A stretch of DNA of 64,000 nucleotides, from NCBI GenBank assembly GCA_046563655.1, contig CM102287.1, positions 1,116,001 to 1,180,000 of the forward strand, in the 5' to 3' direction. Position numbers and translations under genes: made by a program. How positions within the stretch are numbered: position 1 is the stretch's first letter; the number at the start of each line of letters is the position of its first letter. The notes under the pieces were generated by a model that was given only the letters and a program-made list of their open reading frames with translations, made no database searches and was not told the origin of the DNA. Below, one piece after another: positions 9,546 to 20,104 of the stretch. The stretch comes from Yuukianura sp. NJ FZ-2021 (taxonomy: Eukaryota).

Positions 9546-9705
9546 GTTCGCGCACACATTCATTCGTTACGTTAAATTACGTTAATAGCTGCGTTAACAG
9601 TTGCGGTATTGAATCAAGAATAGTTTTACTTGAATATACAGCGCAAGAAAGAAGAGAAAACAGCCACAGAGGTGGGTACCTCTGTATGGTTTTAAAGAAA
9701 TTGCC

Positions 9706-9723
9706 ATCTCGGCAAATGCACCA
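9706..9723 (-). promoter_or_regulatory. Primer binding site, most similar to the 3' end of tRNA-Gly(GCC)
   Basis: Minus-strand TGGTGCATTTGCCGAGAT begins 2 nt after the LTR terminal CA. It resembles the tRNA-Gly complement TGGTGCATYGGCCGGGAA with a few mismatches. Confidence 0.7.
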
Positions 9724-9725
9724 AT

Positions 9726-10372
9726 TGTTACGTCTCAGATTGGCGTAATGCCATTGGAAGGGCCCTCGGGGTTAGTACTCGCTTAGCCCAAGGGGTCAAG
9801 GGTCTTAAGGACCCCTTCCTGGCGTGAGTTCGTCCAATGTTTTGTCCATGTTTGTGTAAGGTGAAATAAAATGATCAAGTATGAATATATTTGCCCATAC
9901 CTCTCTGCTGTGACTGTGCTTTTATTTTCTTCCGGGTAGTAGTAGGTTAGTGGGTACTTAGTAGTGCTTTTTCTCCTTCCTTCTCTAGTCTTCTGTGCTT
10001 TCTCGCTTACTTCCAAGCTATTACTGAATAGTATTTATATTAGTGTTTTAATTGCCCAATTAAGGTTGCTAGGTGGGTGCTAATTAGTGCTACTTAGGAG
10101 CTAATTAACAACTTTTGTTTTATGCACTAGCGTACGGCTGTGGTCGTGCTTCCTGCCACTTGGCCCTGTGATCGCTTGGCCTTGTGGTTTCTTTCCACTC
10201 CGACTGAGACTGGATTTGGTGCTAAGTGGGCTTAGTTACTAGGTGTGCTTAGTAACTAACTAACTAACGTTACACGTGCGACCTTGTGCAGTAGTGCCTA
10301 GCAACTGACTTGTGAAAGTGAAAGTTCAAGTGCAGGTGCTGAAGGTATTGTTGTGCAAGTGCAGGTGTAACA
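9726..10372 (-). repeat. 5' LTR (647 bp)
   Basis: Bounded by the inverted termini TGTTAC...GTAACA and adjacent to the PBS. Minus-strand TATAAA at 10034-10039 and AATAAA at 9921-9926. The partner LTR is outside the window. Confidence 0.85.
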
Positions 10373-10373
10373 C

Positions 10374-10997
10374 AAGATTATTCAAAACCTCGACATGATG
10401 GTGTCACCTAGAATCGATGACGTAATTGTATTCTATAAGGTATATCAAAGCGGCTATGACGTCATGAAGTCAATGGACCATAGAGTTAGATGCATGGAGG
10501 GATTAAAATTGGACGAAGTCTACGCTAATAATACATTGCTAGTCATCGATGACCAAATGGCAGATTCATTAAAAGACAAATCTGTCCAAGAACTCTTCAC
10601 TTGCGGTGTTCATCATAGGTAAGGCAAAAATCACTTTGCAAATGCACTACCGCGATAAATTTGCATAGAATTGACAAAACGTTTTTGAATTCCAGGTCAA
10701 TATCCGTCATCTTCCTTTCTCAAAATTTGCTGCCGCAAGGAAAATATGCCAGGGATATTCGTCTCAACACACATTACATGACGATTTGCAAGACCCTCAT
10801 TTCCATCACAAGTGATGTACCTCAGTAGACAACTCAATCCAAGGAAGCCGAGTGCAATTTTAAACGCTTACGAGGAGGCAACTCGCCAGCCGTATTCATA
10901 CTTGTTCTTAAATTTACACCCTAGTTGCCACGATAATTTACGAATACAGTCAGGAATTCTTCCAAAGGAAGAACATATTATTTACTTACCAAGTTAA
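10374..10997 (+). pseudogene. Packaging ATPase (FtsK-HerA/A32-like), 3' part; interrupted by the LTR element, with one intron (10619-10695) and a frameshift at ~10795
   Basis: KIIQNLDMM..FYKVYQ follows where Walker A should be. Walker B is LLVIDD. The spliced sequence reads HHR-SISVIFLSQNL..GKYARDIRLNTHY, then SQVMYLSRQL..AYEEATRQPYSYLFLNLHP in a shifted frame. Confidence 0.88.
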
Positions 10998-11011
10998 GTG
11001 TTTCTTTTACA

Positions 11012-11359
11012 ATGACAAACCGTTTAGTTCGAAACAAAACGTTCCTCGAAGAAGTTAAAAAGTGTAAAGCTCCACGCCGAAAAAAGTTAATAAAAAAGGC
11101 TTCAAAAGACAATATTGAAGCATTGTCCGAAATTGCTCTAAACACGTTAATAGGTAATGTGCCATTAACTAAACAACACAAACATAAACTCAAACGGCAC
11201 GGGAGTTGTATCAGGAATCTTGCAAAGAAGTTCTCTATTAAAAAGAAGAAGGAATTCTTAATACAAAAAGGTGGGTTTCTTCCACTGTTGGTGACACCAG
11301 CTCTGTCGATACTTGGCGGTCTTGCAGCAAACGCATTAACTCACCTTGTGGGTTTATAA
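11012..11359 (+). CDS. Small Lys/Arg-rich Polinton virion core-like protein with QKGG|F putative protease site and C-terminal amphipathic helix (cupiennin-like gene of adintoviruses)
   Basis: Basic 115 aa protein containing EIALNTLIGNVPL and ending LIQKGGFLPLLVTPALSILGGLAANALTHLVGL, directly downstream of the ATPase. Confidence 0.7.
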   Translation: MTNRLVRNKTFLEEVKKCKAPRRKKLIKKASKDNIEALSEIALNTLIGNVPLTKQHKHKLKRHGSCIRNLAKKFSIKKKKEFLIQKGGFLPLLVTPALSILGGLAANALTHLVGL

Positions 11360-12222
11360 TGTCCAAAAAAATGAAATTGATACCGCATCTGGAGTACGAA
11401 AAACTTATTGCCATTCAACGAGCTCCTCAGCTTTTACATAAGTCTGCATCAGTTCAACTATTCCAAAGGAAGCAAGCAGCAGCAACAAACATTCTAAAAT
11501 GGAATTCTATTTCCGATGACATCAAATTAGCCTTATTCAATAGTATGGCAAAGGGACTGCACGCAAACTTTTCGGCTCTAATACACACTCCACTTCAAGT
11601 TGAAGTTTCTAAACCGGGAAAGCTTGTTCCGTCACCCAAAAGTACAAAGACCAACCACGAAGAGAATATAAAACGCGATGCAGGAACGACCGTAGACCAG
11701 GCTTAGTACAACACTCACCTAGCTAAGTTCCTTCCAAAAAAGTACCAGCTACCTGGCATGAAAATAATGCACGTTCTTTCTACGTCTGCATTTAATGACA
11801 TTTCCTGGGATGAGTCCGGCCAAGTTTCGTATAAGGGTGTACCAAGGAATGGTGCAAATATTATTGAACTCTTGGCATACGTCCTAAAGCCTCCAGCGAA
11901 GGTCATTCCACCAAAGGGAATTCGTACATTTATTTACATTTTAAAGAAAGTGCATTTACCAAAGGAGTTGCTTGGAATTCATATTCGGAACAAGTTAAAT
12001 CTGAGTACGGTAGCACTACTTGCCCAAAATACTCCAGCCACTAACGAATCGCTAGAAGAGGGCGAGGAGGAGGAGGAGGAAGAGGAGGAGGAACACGACG
12101 ACGAAGAGGAGGAGGGAGACGGAATGGACGATTACGAAGCGGATGCTCCCACTAGCGGTAATACATCTGATGAGCAATATCAAACGCCAGTTGCCACAGC
12201 CTCTGCCTGGAGCATCTTCTAA
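11359..12222 (+). pseudogene. Polinton protein of unknown function with acidic tail; in-frame TAG at 11704-11706
   Basis: ORFs 11359-11706 and 11758-12222 are in the same frame with 17 open codons between them. The motif ISWDESGQVSYKG..GANIIELL is recalled from Polinton unknown ORFs. The start overlaps the previous stop (TAATG). Confidence 0.65.
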
Positions 12223-12253
12223 TTAGTCAGTTCTTGGAGTTAATAGTACGAAC

Positions 12254-12939
12254 ATGTCAGAACTAGTTGCAAAAGTAGACGTAATCAACATGCCTCTAGT
12301 AGTATTAACGAACAACGGTCCGGATTTCGAACAGTACGCAACCACTGAAAGTAGGCTAGCCAGCTTCGATTCCTCTACTAAGGATTGCTTCCCTCCTGCT
12401 GCAACACTAGCAAACGCAGGATTCTTCTTCACAGAGTTTGAGGATGCTGTAATTTGTTTCTACTGTGGGTTGTGTCTGACGTCTTGGAGTCAACACGATT
12501 CACCATGGTTGGAACACCGAATTCATTCTCCAAACTGTGCATATCTCATTCTAAAGCACCCAGTCACAAACGTAAGCTACAAAATGTTTGGAAGAAAAAT
12601 TATGACAGTAAATATATATTTATGATAAATTTTGAAAAATGTAGGTTTCGTCAACAACGGATCTTTGTGAGATGGATTCCGGAAAGTGTATAGAGACAGG
12701 TAAAGGAATCATTAAAGTGCAAGTTTGAACTTATGTGTGAACTCATAATTATTTTTTCTTATATAGAATTGAACAATTTGAAGTCTATTATAAGGTGGAA
12801 GATTTGCATGATTCGCCAAGTCTCCTATATGTACGCTCCTTGCTGTCATTTGGCAACATGTCTGGAATGCTGTACCACCCAATCAATATGCCCCATATGT
12901 CGTTCCGAAATAACGCTGATAATTAAAGTCTTCGTTTAA
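12254..12939 (+). CDS. iap: Inhibitor of apoptosis (one BIR + RING), 3 exons; introns 12572-12644 and 12700-12766
   Basis: BIR: RLASF..LANAGFF..DAVICFYC..W..DSPWLEH..HSPNC. RING: (W)KICM..PCCHLATCLECC..CPICR. The GT-AG introns splice in frame. AATAAA at 12958-12963. The first RING Cys is replaced by Trp. Confidence 0.88.
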
Positions 12940-12972
12940 AATACGTCACATATAAGTAATAAAGCATTAGAC

Positions 12973-15900
12973 TTAGTTTTTATTAATCCTGTAATGCCCG
13001 TACGGTAAGGTTGTAATGCCGTCGTTTAAAATGTAGCGTTTGGAATCAAATGCATGTAGTGCAGCTTTAGTTGTTCTGATATTGTAAATTTTATGCTTGT
13101 ACGACCGCATTGATTTCAGAGTGCACGCTAGTATTTTTTGGTCTAATAAAACTTTCTCCAGCATTTCAAATGATATTGACTTTTGCTGAACTCTTTGCGG
13201 AATTCCCTTCATGGCAGTTTTTTTAAAGAAGCCGCATGGTAATCTTCACCTACAAAGCAGTAGGACTTGGGGGCGAGTCCCACAAACTTGGTCAGTATTC
13301 GTCCCTTCACGTCGTCTTTCATTTTTCCAGTGACTCCAGCATTCGCCATTGAATAAAGCGGGTGTGATTTTGGCAAGTTGCTGGTGTCAAATAGTTCTAA
13401 GTCTTCTTCGAGGTCTTTGTATAGGTCTGTGGTGCAAATTGAGTATGCCAAGCTGTCAGTATCAGTCATGAGCAGCGTCGCATTTTGGCCCCATTTGGTC
13501 TTGACGTAATCATAGTGGAAACGTGCCATATGTAATTTGCTTAACTCTAAAACGCAGAATCCTGTGTAAATTGCTTTGTTAAGGGTGACGCAGGACTTCT
13601 GCATTCTAAAGCAGGCCAGATTGTCACCCAAAATATCATGCGACAAAAATTGGGATTTTGACAACAATCTGGAAGCGGTTTGACGGTTGTTCACTACTCT
13701 GATGTTCATGCGCTTCCTGACAGATTCCATTCCTTTTCCAAATACAGCATTGACACATAACTTGTAGAACATCCTATCAAATTCATTTTTGGCATTGCGC
13801 CTTTGGGAGCTGTTGAACTCAACGTATGTTTTAAGCCATGGTTTTTGCCGGAATGCCAAAATTCTGTGAATCTTCTGAATCAAAAGTCCACGATTCACGT
13901 AGAATTGTAAGTTTGCCACATGACAGATGTAATTCTTTCGGTGCTGGAAATGGCACACAAGCTTTTCTTGCAATTCCATGTAATTGATTGGAAGACAGTC
14001 TAGCAACTTTCTTTGGAAGCTGCTAAAATTCTCTGAAGACACAGTTGTCTTTTCACAAGCTAGTGGATAGCATTGGTGTGAGTCGTGAAGTTTTTCTGTA
14101 TAGTTCAAAAGGTTAAGAAAATCATGAAAAATTAACAAAAGTTGACAGTAATAGTTCATGAAAGTACAATACCAGGATAATGAAGATCTGCTTCTATAAT
14201 GTACCCAATGTCGTCGTCCAAGTGAAAGTCATCAATATTGAATTCTGCCACCAATGCTAAAATTAAAGCAGATGAGTATATTAAAATGTAAAATTACTCA
14301 ACATTTCACTTGCTTAACGCTACCTTGATTTAAAAAAATAAAATTGTCAACTGGAAGCCTGCTCTCCATTGCCTTTCCGTACAGGTTAACCATGTCCCAC
14401 AAAGCAATATACATCTGGTTTGCATCTCCAGGCTCTCCACTATAGTCCTTCATGTATTTGTTGTGTGCCTCTGCATAACGATGTGAGATTTGGAAAATTC
14501 CTCCTGAACAATGGTTTAGGAGTTAGTCAGTGTTAAATTAAACATTATTAGAGGAAATAGTCAAATACCTCTCATTCCTTTCTCCAGAAAAATATACATG
14601 TCAATGTCAGTTATGAGTTCCAGCGTTACGTTTGACATTTTTAAAGCAGCATCCCACGCCAGCCCAGGTAGCGAAAAGTAGTGAGCCGGGTCAAGTCCAA
14701 AATTCTTCAATGCCATTTTTCGAAACTCTTCAAACACGCAAGCGAGTAACAACGCATCGGTTAGTAGGTAAAGATCATGGTATTCCCCTAAGGAATTAAG
14801 ACCGAACGTCTTGAAAATATGCAGAGCGTATTCATAGTCCGCATCGGTAATGTGGCAACTAGTAAGTGTGTTGTAGAACTTTGGCTTCGCAGGTAAATTT
14901 TCCTCATCAAAACGTTGCCAAGAATCGATGTAGTCGTAAGGGTATACACCTTTTCTTGTAAGCAGTTCATATTTATTTCCAAACACCTGCTTCATGATCG
15001 CAAATACATCTTCTCCTTGCTCCTTCAAATTGCTGACGAGTTCACTTAATGAGGAATTGAGAAATTGAAGGCTTTCTATAAACCGCAAGGAGTCAACTGC
15101 CACCGACATGTATTTCTCCGTGTTAGTTGGAATTACGGATATTTTCCTAGCACTTATGTCATTCAGTCCTTTGATGATCAAGTGATGATCATATCCTTGA
15201 AAGTTGTGGATCTGCGTGAATATAAAAAATTTAATGAAACAATTACAACGCATATTGCAAACGTATGTTGTTCTAACCACAACAGGTAAAATTTCCTTTT
15301 GTTGGAAATTCAAATTACATCTCTGGTGAGCGGCCCCTCGAAATGTACCTAATAGTAATTCGTTTAAGTTTTCAATAAGATAACAAGCTTTACCTTTGAA
15401 TTTATCAGCGTTTTTATTTTGTTACCCGTTAAATGACAATGATCTCTGCACTTGTCTCCCCAAAATTCAAATGCTCCACCACAAATGTGACAACTCTCAG
15501 CATTCTGAAATATCTCCTCCTCTCCATGTTTCATTTTAATGGGTACTTTCAGTTTGTATATCTCCATAACACTGCTCGCAATTTTTAAACAATCTTCAAG
15601 AAAAATCTTGATGCTGTCCTTTCCTCTGTAAACACGGTAGGAGATCAACTCGCCGGTATTTTTGATTAAGGCATATGAGAATCCGGAGGGGATATGACGT
15701 TTCTCTTTGGTGATGGACGACTCATTTGAAGAATCTTGAATGGGTTTCAATATTGATTCCAAATCAGCGTACATAACATAGCCTGCTTTCATTTTGTTTG
15801 AATAGTTTTCGAAACACATCACTGGTGGACTACCATTTTCGACTTTCGGCATCTTCACCTTTTGAAAAACAAACTTTTCACACTCAGCTTTATGCCTGAG

Positions 15901-17130
15901 AAGTAAGCACATCTTCTCGCATTTGCTTTCACGACAGAATTTTGAACACTGCTTAATTCTTTGTAAACAATTGTAACACAAGTAACGTCGTTTGCAGTTT
16001 TGTTTTCCCAACAATCTGTTCATGTTCCGAATTCCAATGAAATGCCAATTGTTTCCAGTTTTGTCACGCACAAGCATTAAATTTGCTGTTTGAGAAGTTC
16101 TGTAGTTTTTCTCAGAAATTCGTACGGGCAAAATTCCATCAAAGCGAGAATATTCAAAAACATTCACTGCAACGTCGTTTTTTTCTTCGAATTTGCATAT
16201 TTGTTTCAATGAAACCGGATATTCAATGCAGTCAAAGTCATGTAGATGAGCGTACTGCTGATAAGTTGAGGCACGCGAAGTCTCCTTATCAGGACGGTAC
16301 AAGGAACTGAGCACAGCCCACTTAAAGCAGCGATTTCCTCTCGTCATAATATTTACAGTCGCCTTTTTGGATTCCAAACATTTTGGAAGTCGCTTCCACT
16401 GACCTCCAGTGAATGGTTTGAATTTCCCAACTCTGATGTCTGATCCGCGGATTTTTGATAACTGCCACCCCGAACCATAAACTTCAAAGATGTTAATTGA
16501 CTGGTCAATTTTTGATACACACATTTTCATAAACCGCACAAGACTTTGCTTGGGGTTCAACACGTTAAGCATGTTCGAGTTTATCATTTTCTCTTGGTAT
16601 TCAAAAATTTCGTTTCCATCTTTCGATTGACATAAATAGCGTTTAAACTGTACCTTCACAGAAAGTTGGCACTTGATAGTTTTCAACTGGACCAGACATT
16701 CTTTGATAATGTTTTCGATTTGATTTCCAAATTTCAGAAAGTACAAATTGAGGCAGGGGACCGACTTTTTCATCAGATGACGGTATGTCCGGACGTACCC
16801 TTGAAATGCCTGAATTTTTTTGAAAGGAAGTATTCCAGTTTCACTGTTCTTAGAAATTGACCTCCCAATTTGGATCTTTCGACTTATAGCCTTTGCAATT
16901 TGAGAATGCAGAACTCTTGAATGCACAACTGCAGAATGGTTTTCTAGACGTAAATGTGAGTTAAATGTTTTCCGACAAAGAACGCACCGATAATTTGGAA
17001 TTTCACGTACACTTTTGTTTCTTGCACACTTCCTCCGGCACTTAGAAACGTGTTTAAGGTAAGCAAGCTTTCGAAGTTTCTGTTTGCCACAAACACCACA
17101 AACAGAAGAGCTTGGTTGGATGTGATCCAT
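12973..17130 (-). CDS. polB: Protein-primed family B DNA polymerase with N-terminal zinc fingers, OTU-like domain and endonuclease VII domain; 6 exons; frameshift at ~13225
   Basis: Exo I YADLES, EndoVII RDHCHLTG-TFRGAAHQRCNL, Exo II HNFQGYD, RKGVYPYDY, RGG, motif A WDMVNLYG, motif B KLCVNAVFGK, motif C TDTDS. Introns at 15349-15425, 15212-15277, 14504-14568, 14257-14323 and 14096-14172 are all GT-AG and restore the frame. Confidence 0.93.
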
Positions 17131-17819
17131 GTCTTAAAACAAGTTTTGGATTAATCAGCAGATGAATTTAGATAAGCTTACTCCATCTTTCAAATTACAT
17201 GTGTTTCAAGTTCTAGCGTCTTTCAGCAATTGTCCAAAAGGTGGCGCTGATAGTCACTTTGTAGCAATATTGCAGAGCAAAATTTTGAAGTGTATTTTAG
17301 AATGAACAAGTTTGAGATGTCAAATACAAGGCTTCAAAAAGTAAATGAATAAAGGAAAAAACGCTGCGTTTAAGCCTTCCCAGAATGAAATTTTTCCTTA
17401 AACTAGGGTACTTAAGTCCAACTGTATTCCCTTAAGTACCTTAATGAATTTGGCCAGTTTCTTTTTGACTTCTATGAACTCGTTTGATCCTGAGATTGAA
17501 AGCGAACATTAAGTATTATCGATGTGTCAGGTAAAACAGAGTCCAAAATCACTCAATTTTTGTTAAATTGCAGTTTTCAAAACTAAAAATTTGCTGAATC
17601 CTCAATTCTCACGAATTGAAGGACAATGAGAGATTCCGTGTCATATTGTTGCTAAGGCATAAACGTTAGATACTTTAATTTGTCGTGATGAACGCTTGCC
17701 GCTCCCTAAGTTTCAGTCATCGTTCCAACTCAGTTACAGAAACAACTGCTAAGCAGCGAACGAGTTGCATCAATCACCACCATCGTTCCATTTTGCAAAG
17801 TTATCTGTGTCAATTAACT

Positions 17820-19321
17820 ATGACCCAAAGGTTGAAAAGGGGTAAGCCCTCATTTTACAATTGTTTCATTGTTTCAATTGTTGCAATAGCTATTTTGTAC
17901 ATATTCAAATATGCTGTTCATTTTGAAAAACTTACATTTAATTTACTTTTTTGATTAATTTGTTTCTAGCCAATACCGTGGACCTAGAGGAAGAAGTTTC
18001 ATCCAGAACCGAAAAAATGGTAGCCGAAATGAGTCCAAATTCGAATGACCTAAGGAATGCAGAGTTAGCCACTTCAAGGGTTAACCCCTTAGCTCGTTCT
18101 CAGCAGTATCAGGAGTCCGTAAAGGAAGCTATGCGAAAGAAAGCATCAGTGGAGCGTGAGGTAAGATTTACAACTCTTATTTAAAAAGTTGCGCAAAATT
18201 CCATAATTAACTTTCGATTTATTATTTAAGGAATCTGATCCGGAATTTTTGCCGGACGATGATAAACTCAACAATGATGAAGATGACGATGAAGAAGAAG
18301 AAGAGGAAGAAGAAGATAGCTTTGAAGAGGATGATAGTGAAGAGAGCGAAAAGGGTATGGACGAGGAAGAGGTCAAACTCATCGCCATCGAAAAAAAGAT
18401 TGCGCCAAAGAAACCAGCATTTGTCAAGGTAAGAACAAAATAAAGACGAGGTTGTATAAAATAACTATCTTTGTTTTGTCCTTATTAGAATTTGACTCAA
18501 AAGCTTGCTGCCGCTGCGCCAAAGACACAGATGATCGTCAAGGTTGCACAACCAAACAAACGGCGCAACCAAATTGCTGCTAAATCATCTACAAAGGAGC
18601 GACTTAGAAAGGTATAAAGATCATTTTTCGAATTGAAGTTATATTAGCAACTATCGTATAATTTAAAATATGTTATATAAAACTACAGGTTACATATGGA
18701 ATTGAATCAGCAACTAAACCGGACGAAAATACAACAACCGTTTCCAAGGCAATCTATCTCCGACCACAAGGACGAACCGCCAAAAAAGCAGCAAAACGCC
18801 CAATTGGGATGCGTTCAAAACCGGCGGTAAGTCACATTTAAACGGAATGACGGTTCAAAGTAAATTGATTGATTCTTAACTTTTAGAAGGCTCCAACCCA
18901 TTCGGTAGCAGAAACCGAGGATTCAGAGGGTTCGATGACATGCGAGCCAGCCAAGAAGAAGAAGAAAAATTCCTCCAAAGTAAGAATAAAATTACCTACT
19001 ACTGAAAATTTTTTCAACTACTTAAGCACTGCAACTTAACAATTTTATTATAATTATTTGTCACAGGAGCTGGTACTGGATTTCGCTCCGTCGGATCATG
19101 GTGGTGGCGAAGACAAGGACGTCAGGGAAGGCGACGTCCATATCGGCCAGGGAATACATGTGAAGTGGCACAAGTTCAAAGGGAAGTACTATATTATGGT
19201 ACGTCATTTTGCCAACGGGACTGCCGACGGAAGACGTGGCATCAACATCGATATGCAGTATCTGCCCAATTTGAAAAAAGCTGTGGACATGGCTTACAAA
19301 TGTTACGTTGACAGCTCTTAA
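17820..19321 (+). CDS. Seven-exon gene: acidic/basic disordered N-terminus plus C-terminal PC4-like ssDNA-binding domain
   Basis: Introns at 17842-17969, 18161-18230, 18429-18488, 18612-18688, 18827-18886 and 18980-19066 give a continuous frame from ATG 17820. The last exon IGQGIHVKWHKFKGKYYIMVRHF..GRRGINI..LPNLK resembles PC4 (VSVRDFKGKVLIDIREY..PGRKGISL). NLS-like PAKKKKK; AATAAA at 19359-19364. Confidence 0.75.
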
Positions 19322-19399
19322 AACGTTAAGCTTTTTCAAGGCTCCATCTGACACTTTGAATAAATTAAATCTTTAAAGTGCTTCCACCACCTACTTTCA

Positions 19400-19745
19400 T
19401 GATCTACCTAATTAAACTCTCCAGGAAACCAGAAACATGTGAACATTTATTTTCATAACAGTAGCCAATGACATTTTTCAAAGTTCTGGGTTCGGCGATT
19501 TTGGTTCGGTGCACCTTCTTCACAGTTGTGCGGCTCGGCATTTAACTTTGCATCAAATTCTTCTTAACAAGGCATGATCCACCTAATTAAACTTTCCAGG
19601 AAACCAGAAACATGTGAACATTTATTTTCATAACAGTAGCCAATGACATTTTTCAAAGTTCGGGGTACGGCGATTTGGTTCGGTGTACCTTATTCACAGT
19701 TGTGTGAATCGGCATTTAACTTTTTCTCACTTACTTCCAACAACG
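19400..19745. repeat. Two ~175-bp direct repeats near the Polinton right end
   Basis: ACCTAATTAAACT(C/T)TCCAGGAAACCAGAAACATGTGAACATTTATTTTCATAACAGTAGCC occurs at 19406 and 19581. Confidence 0.9.
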
Positions 19746-19778
19746 CATTAATTAATGGAATATGTACTTAATTTTTTC

Positions 19779-19884
19779 ACGAGTGACAAAACGGCAAGTG
19801 CCGTTTTGACACTCTTTGTCACTTGGTCACTTTGTCAAAAATGACAATGAGTGTCAGAACGGCACTTGCCGTTTTGACACTCGT
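19779..19884. repeat. 36-bp inverted repeat whose arms are themselves hairpins
   Basis: ACGAGTGACAAAACGGCAAGTGCCGTTTTGACACTC ... GAGTGTCAGAACGGCACTTGCCGTTTTGACACTCGT (2 mismatches). Confidence 0.85.
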
Positions 19885-20104
19885 ACAAATTATTAATTGT
19901 TTCAAATAATTTTTCATTAAAATACATTGTGCTTCACCTTAACTTGATTTTGTACAATGTATTTTTGTCATCACATCAGAAACGGCTGAATGACATGAAG
20001 ATCTATTACATTCTCTGCCGAAAAGACATCGTGTCAATTCGACACACAATACCTGGGGTGACTTGAGACTCAAGCGGGGTAGAAGTGGCTTAGCTCACTC
20101 ATCA

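Larger units (their letters stand above)
1..10372 (-). mobile_element. Ty3/Gypsy (errantivirus-like) LTR retroelement with env and an extra MMP ORF; 3' end outside the window
   Basis: On the minus strand: LTR (9726-10372), PBS, MMP ORF, gag with zinc knuckles, pol in PR-RT-RH-IN order, and env with signal peptide and furin site. Confidence 0.95.
10373..20100. mobile_element. Polinton/Maverick (adintovirus-like) element, right portion; right boundary approximate
   Basis: Cluster of an FtsK/A32-like packaging ATPase, a small basic GG|F protein, a conserved unknown ORF, an IAP, a protein-primed PolB and a PC4 gene. Capsid, protease and integrase genes are not in the window. Confidence 0.88.

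Noticed and set aside
20040..20104. Exact Polinton right terminus and 6-bp TSD
   Set aside because: No clear terminal (CT)n/(ACT)n motif, and the partner TIR is outside the window, so the boundary cannot be fixed.
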